From: an uncultured Heliobacteriaceae bacterium
Lineage (GTDB): Bacteria > Acidobacteriota > Blastocatellia > RBC074
Assembly (NCBI GenBank): GCA_964631865.1
Contig: CAZWAK010000007.1
Span: forward strand, 1,934-65,933
Direction of reading: 5' to 3'
Length of the DNA stretch: 64,000 nucleotides
Notes under the pieces: generated by a model
Told to the model about the DNA's origin: nothing
The model's database searches: none
The model's input: only the letters and a program-made list of their open reading frames with translations
Translations under genes and position numbers: made by a program
Shown here: piece by piece, positions 60,426 to 64,000 of the stretch
Numbering within the stretch: the stretch's first letter is position 1
Layout: the number at the start of each line of letters is the position of its first letter

Positions 60426-61802
60426 TCAATTTACTCCCCTAGCAAAGCCCCGCCTATTCGCCACCGGCACAAATCTGATTCGTTGTCTTTTGCGCTTCAG
60501 TCTTACAAATGGCCGGATAATTATTCGTAGAAATCCAGGGCCACCAGTAAGAACTAAAATGCCGTATGCAACTATATGATGTCGAATTGCCGTGCCCCAA
60601 TTGGCAGTTCCCATCGCCCACAAAAACTCAAGGCTAAAATAGCAGATTATTAGAAAGCCCCATTGACTCCGGCGCTCGCCCGAAGCGTGATACCAGGTGG
60701 CCAAGGCGTGAAAGATCAATAGTAATCGCAGATAACCTTCAAACGCTCCATAAATATCAACTGTACTGGAAATCTGCCAAGGGAATGGAGCCAGCATATA
60801 CATAGTAAATACCCAAGCGGCAGAAGGAATAAAAGCAGTAAGTGAAGACGTATCGAGCGTTCCCCCATAGCTGGCTCGGTCATAGCTTGTTGTTGTTCGA
60901 TCCCGATAGACTCCAGCATACTCTGCTCCTTCGCCAGACATTAAGGCTCTGGCCGCTCCCCCTGTGTCGCTGGCAATCAAAAACCAAGTCAATAAGATTC
61001 CTCCGAGCAACCCTACCCCCGCAAGTTTGGCTATCAAGCTTCGCCCTTCCCACCTCTTCAAATTGAAACGCAGCCCCCAAAAGAAACCTAAACAGATCAA
61101 AAATAGGGCGTATATGAATAACCCATTATGAAAGACCCCTAACGCGAACCCTGACCCACTCAGCATTATCATTTTCACTAATGTAGGCTTTTTGCGCAGC
61201 GACAAACCGAAATATGCGACCATCAAAAAGAATAGCATCTGTAGTGACTCGCGCATGGTGATAGAAGTGAAGATGATTGCTGAAGGCAGTAAGCCATAAA
61301 TAAGAACCAGCCCGATTTGCCATCTTGCAATACCAAGCAATCTTGCCATTTTTATAATCACCAAGCAGGACATAACATAGGCCAAAATTGATAATTCCTG
61401 GCCGAGCAGTTTAGAATCACCAAATAAGCGATAGAAAAACGAAAGAAACTGGATATATGCACTACTCCCTGCCTCCATACCGCCAAACTCAGCAAACCAC
61501 ATAGGCTGAATTGAATGTGACATGGTGACAGCATTCTCGTGGAAAGTGACAGCATCCATATCAGCGCCGATTAAGATGAAGTAATAAGCGTTGACGAACG
61601 AGGTAAGGTGTCTAGCTGATAAAGCGAGAAAAGTAACGGCTAACAACCTCCAATCGCTATGGATATCCTCATCTGCAAACAGAGTGAAATAGGTTCCGTA
61701 AAGCACGACTAAGGCTGCACGGTCGGCGGATAGAAAACTAAAGAAAACTATAATCATAAATGCAAGGGATAGAATACTAACTTCTGATTTACCTAAGATC
61801 AT
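60426..61802 (-). CDS. Polytopic membrane protein, putative O-antigen/EPS repeat-unit polymerase (Wzy-like)
   Basis: More than 10 predicted TM segments, in the middle of a GT/methyltransferase cluster, low GC. The assignment is by context only. Confidence 0.45.
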   Translation of the reverse strand: MILGKSEVSILSLAFMIIVFFSFLSADRAALVVLYGTYFTLFADEDIHSDWRLLAVTFLALSARHLTSFVNAYYFILIGADMDAVTFHENAVTMSHSIQPMWFAEFGGMEAGSSAYIQFLSFFYRLFGDSKLLGQELSILAYVMSCLVIIKMARLLGIARWQIGLVLIYGLLPSAIIFTSITMRESLQMLFFLMVAYFGLSLRKKPTLVKMIMLSGSGFALGVFHNGLFIYALFLICLGFFWGLRFNLKRWEGRSLIAKLAGVGLLGGILLTWFLIASDTGGAARALMSGEGAEYAGVYRDRTTTSYDRASYGGTLDTSSLTAFIPSAAWVFTMYMLAPFPWQISSTVDIYGAFEGYLRLLLIFHALATWYHASGERRSQWGFLIICYFSLEFLWAMGTANWGTAIRHHIVAYGILVLTGGPGFLRIIIRPFVRLKRKRQRIRFVPVANRRGFARGVN

Positions 61803-61919
61803 ATTTCTTATTCAATCTATCAACCAACTTTGTAGTTATGTGATTACACAAAGTAAATGTTGATGGCTAAATACTGCATTAAACTCCGGACTGCAAGACA
61901 ACTCCATTTGCTATACTGA

Positions 61920-63062
61920 TTAAAGTAGCTGGCTCAGGGCCTGTTCAGTTTTTATAAAGAGTGTCTCTATACTAAAATTTTCAGCAATCTGGTGCCGCAC
62001 AATATTTTTTTCAGGTAAGGTTCCTCTTGCAACACTTAATATCGCCTCGGCCAGTAATACGGGATTACGTGCTGGAACCACGATACCAACGGAACCGACA
62101 ATATTTGACGAATCTCCTACATCGGTCACAATACAGGAAACACCACAGGCCATCGCTTCCCCAATGCTATTTGAAAAACCTTCTGTAATCGAAGAGGAAA
62201 CCGCAATATCCAGCGAATTATAGACTGCGGCCATATCGTCCCGAGCCTCACTCCAAATTAAGCGCGAACCTAGCATTTGTGCAGCAGCTAAATTTTTCAT
62301 TTCTGATACATATTCCGGACTTCCATTACCAACACACACAAACCGCAATTTGGCGTTTTGCTGCGCCGTCGAGAGTGCTGCCTGTAAGAATGTAGGATGA
62401 TCTTTCATCGGGTCAATTCGAGCGACTAATCCAATCAATATTTCGTCTTCCTGAATGCCCCATTCAAGTCTGAGTTTTTTTCTCAAGGCGTCGTTTGGTG
62501 AAAACTTCCGGATATCTATGCCATTATATATGGTAATTATTTTGCTCCTCGGAAATTGACGGGTAATAAGATGACGATAACCAGCCTGCGAATTTACGAT
62601 GATCAGATCCGCCCAACGAGCCAAATATTGCTCTAATTGACTAATGAATCGCTCTAACCAGTCATAGCGGCTCAAATCCATGTCAGAGGCGCGAATTCCC
62701 CAAACTATTTTCATTTTTGGGGAAAAAGCTTTAATGAGTACAGCCAAAATATTGGCAACTGCCAAATAGCTATGTAAAATTGCAGGCTTCTCTTGGCGAA
62801 TTAATAAAATCAGCCTGCAAATGAATAACAACACATCCCAGCGCCCTCTTTTCTGTAGGCAATGCACTGGAATACAATTACTAACTAGTTCTGAATCAAA
62901 TTCCCCTTTATAAAAAGTAGCAACAGTTACAGGCCACCTTTTTAAGGTGAGGCCTTTTGTTAACAAGACTAACTGTCTTTCTGCCCCCCCCCGCTCTAAA
63001 GCGCGCGAGAGAAAAAGAATTTTCTTCTGAGCTATTGACATGCTATTACAATTTCTCGTCAC
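61920..63062 (-). CDS. Glycosyltransferase family 4 carrying a G9 homopolymeric tract in codons about 19-22
   Basis: ...[23 protein letters not shown]... GT4 C-terminus. The likely start is MSIAQKK at 63041. Confidence 0.8.
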   Translation of the reverse strand: MTRNCNSMSIAQKKILFLSRALERGGAERQLVLLTKGLTLKRWPVTVATFYKGEFDSELVSNCIPVHCLQKRGRWDVLLFICRLILLIRQEKPAILHSYLAVANILAVLIKAFSPKMKIVWGIRASDMDLSRYDWLERFISQLEQYLARWADLIIVNSQAGYRHLITRQFPRSKIITIYNGIDIRKFSPNDALRKKLRLEWGIQEDEILIGLVARIDPMKDHPTFLQAALSTAQQNAKLRFVCVGNGSPEYVSEMKNLAAAQMLGSRLIWSEARDDMAAVYNSLDIAVSSSITEGFSNSIGEAMACGVSCIVTDVGDSSNIVGSVGIVVPARNPVLLAEAILSVARGTLPEKNIVRHQIAENFSIETLFIKTEQALSQLL

Positions 63063-63078
63063 TCTTTCCTAATCAACC

Positions 63079-63882
63079 TTATTTAACTCCGACACACATG
63101 ACATACGTTGCCAGTTGCTGATTAGACTTTATATTGCCGTTTATTTTCTCAAGCAACCTTACTAGGTACGAGCCACGCCTTAGTAAGGCTATAATGGGAA
63201 ATGTGATAATAAAAGCTAAACTGTTAGTCTTTACCCCACTCAAGTTACACATGCCAAAGTTTAGGGGTATTAAATAGTCGCATGTCAATACATTAATACC
63301 TGAGTCATAGTGCGCACGCTTTAGGTCTTCAGTTGTAAGCGGCACGTGGATATCGTAAACTCGCCGATTGGCAGTTTTTTGCGCCCAACCAATTATACCA
63401 GTCATATTCGGGATTATGGTTATAACTATACCTCCTTTTTTCATATAACGCATAACAGCTTGTATATATCGAGATGTATCTTCAAAATGCTCTGCCACCC
63501 CCATTGATAGAACAACATCGAATACCTCAATTAGATTATCCGGCGGGTGAAACAAATCTGCACAAATAATACTACCTTGTACGCCCGCCCGATATAAGAT
63601 TTGGCGCTCTTGCTCGCAACCTATTTCTGAGTAATCGATTCCACTAACTTCAAACCCATACTCTTTGGCAAAATAGGGAAGCCAGGACGAGCAAGCGCAT
63701 CCGATCTCTAACAAAGTTGCCCCTTTCATTTGCCTTCCTCTGAATATGTCCTGAAAACATTCATGTAGTTTTATATTTACATAGTTTTTACTACTTAAAT
63801 TATAAGGATCAACTGGTTTAATATCGGCAACAGTATTCCAATTGGCATCCCAGTAATCCTTTCCCGCTTTATCTATGTTCAT
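63079..63882 (-). CDS. Class I SAM-dependent methyltransferase
   Basis: ...LLEIGCACSSW... motif I. AT-rich gene. Confidence 0.7.
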   Translation of the reverse strand: MNIDKAGKDYWDANWNTVADIKPVDPYNLSSKNYVNIKLHECFQDIFRGRQMKGATLLEIGCACSSWLPYFAKEYGFEVSGIDYSEIGCEQERQILYRAGVQGSIICADLFHPPDNLIEVFDVVLSMGVAEHFEDTSRYIQAVMRYMKKGGIVITIIPNMTGIIGWAQKTANRRVYDIHVPLTTEDLKRAHYDSGINVLTCDYLIPLNFGMCNLSGVKTNSLAFIITFPIIALLRRGSYLVRLLEKINGNIKSNQQLATYVMCVGVK

Positions 63883-64000
63883 TATTTTCTTTTCTCAAGC
63901 TTTGAATACTAAAACAGTCCATCTTAATTTTCTTGGCGACAAAATAGTAACGCGATGTTTATTTAGGTGAGGTTCGGACTATATACAGTACCTATTAAGC

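Overview
This 64-kb window looks like chromosomal DNA from a GC-rich (~60%) Gram-negative soil bacterium, probably Acidobacteriota. I infer that from two roughly 1000-aa TonB-dependent receptors (TBDRs) with N-terminal carboxypeptidase-regulatory-like domains, many secreted proteins, and HU with Lys/Ala-rich tails.

Housekeeping genes I am confident of: priA 3' end, rho, engB, lon, clpX, rph, murI, tmRNA (ssrA), a bifunctional aroD/aroE, a LysA-family decarboxylase, HU, purS, a GlcD-like FAD oxidase, murQ plus a BadF-type sugar kinase, and DDAH.

Accessory content: (i) two small cargo cassettes directly after priA, delimited by three direct copies of the priA 3' terminus; they carry an orphan AAA+ ATPase, a DUF433/DUF5615 pair, and a hypothetical plus HNH pair. 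(ii) A zone of gene fragments with an AT-rich patch (28.0-29.4 kb). (iii) Two TBDR loci, each followed by the same ~95-nt structured element. (iv) An amino-sugar-type locus (DDAH, BNR sialidase-like, murQ, kinase, LysR). (v) A minus-strand polysaccharide (O-antigen/EPS-like) cluster from 53.6 kb to the window end (wecA-like, four GT4 genes, asnB, two methyltransferases, a Wzy-like membrane protein). Its distal half is AT-rich and one GT carries a G9 homopolymer.

The window is unusually rich in long intergenic hairpins. Some are built from tandem heptamers (TTGGTGG, TTGTCAG). There is also a family of ~90-nt palindromic elements with compensatory stem changes. No CRISPR array, integrase or transposase was recognised. 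All calls are from reading the ORF track and sequence by eye; no searches were run.
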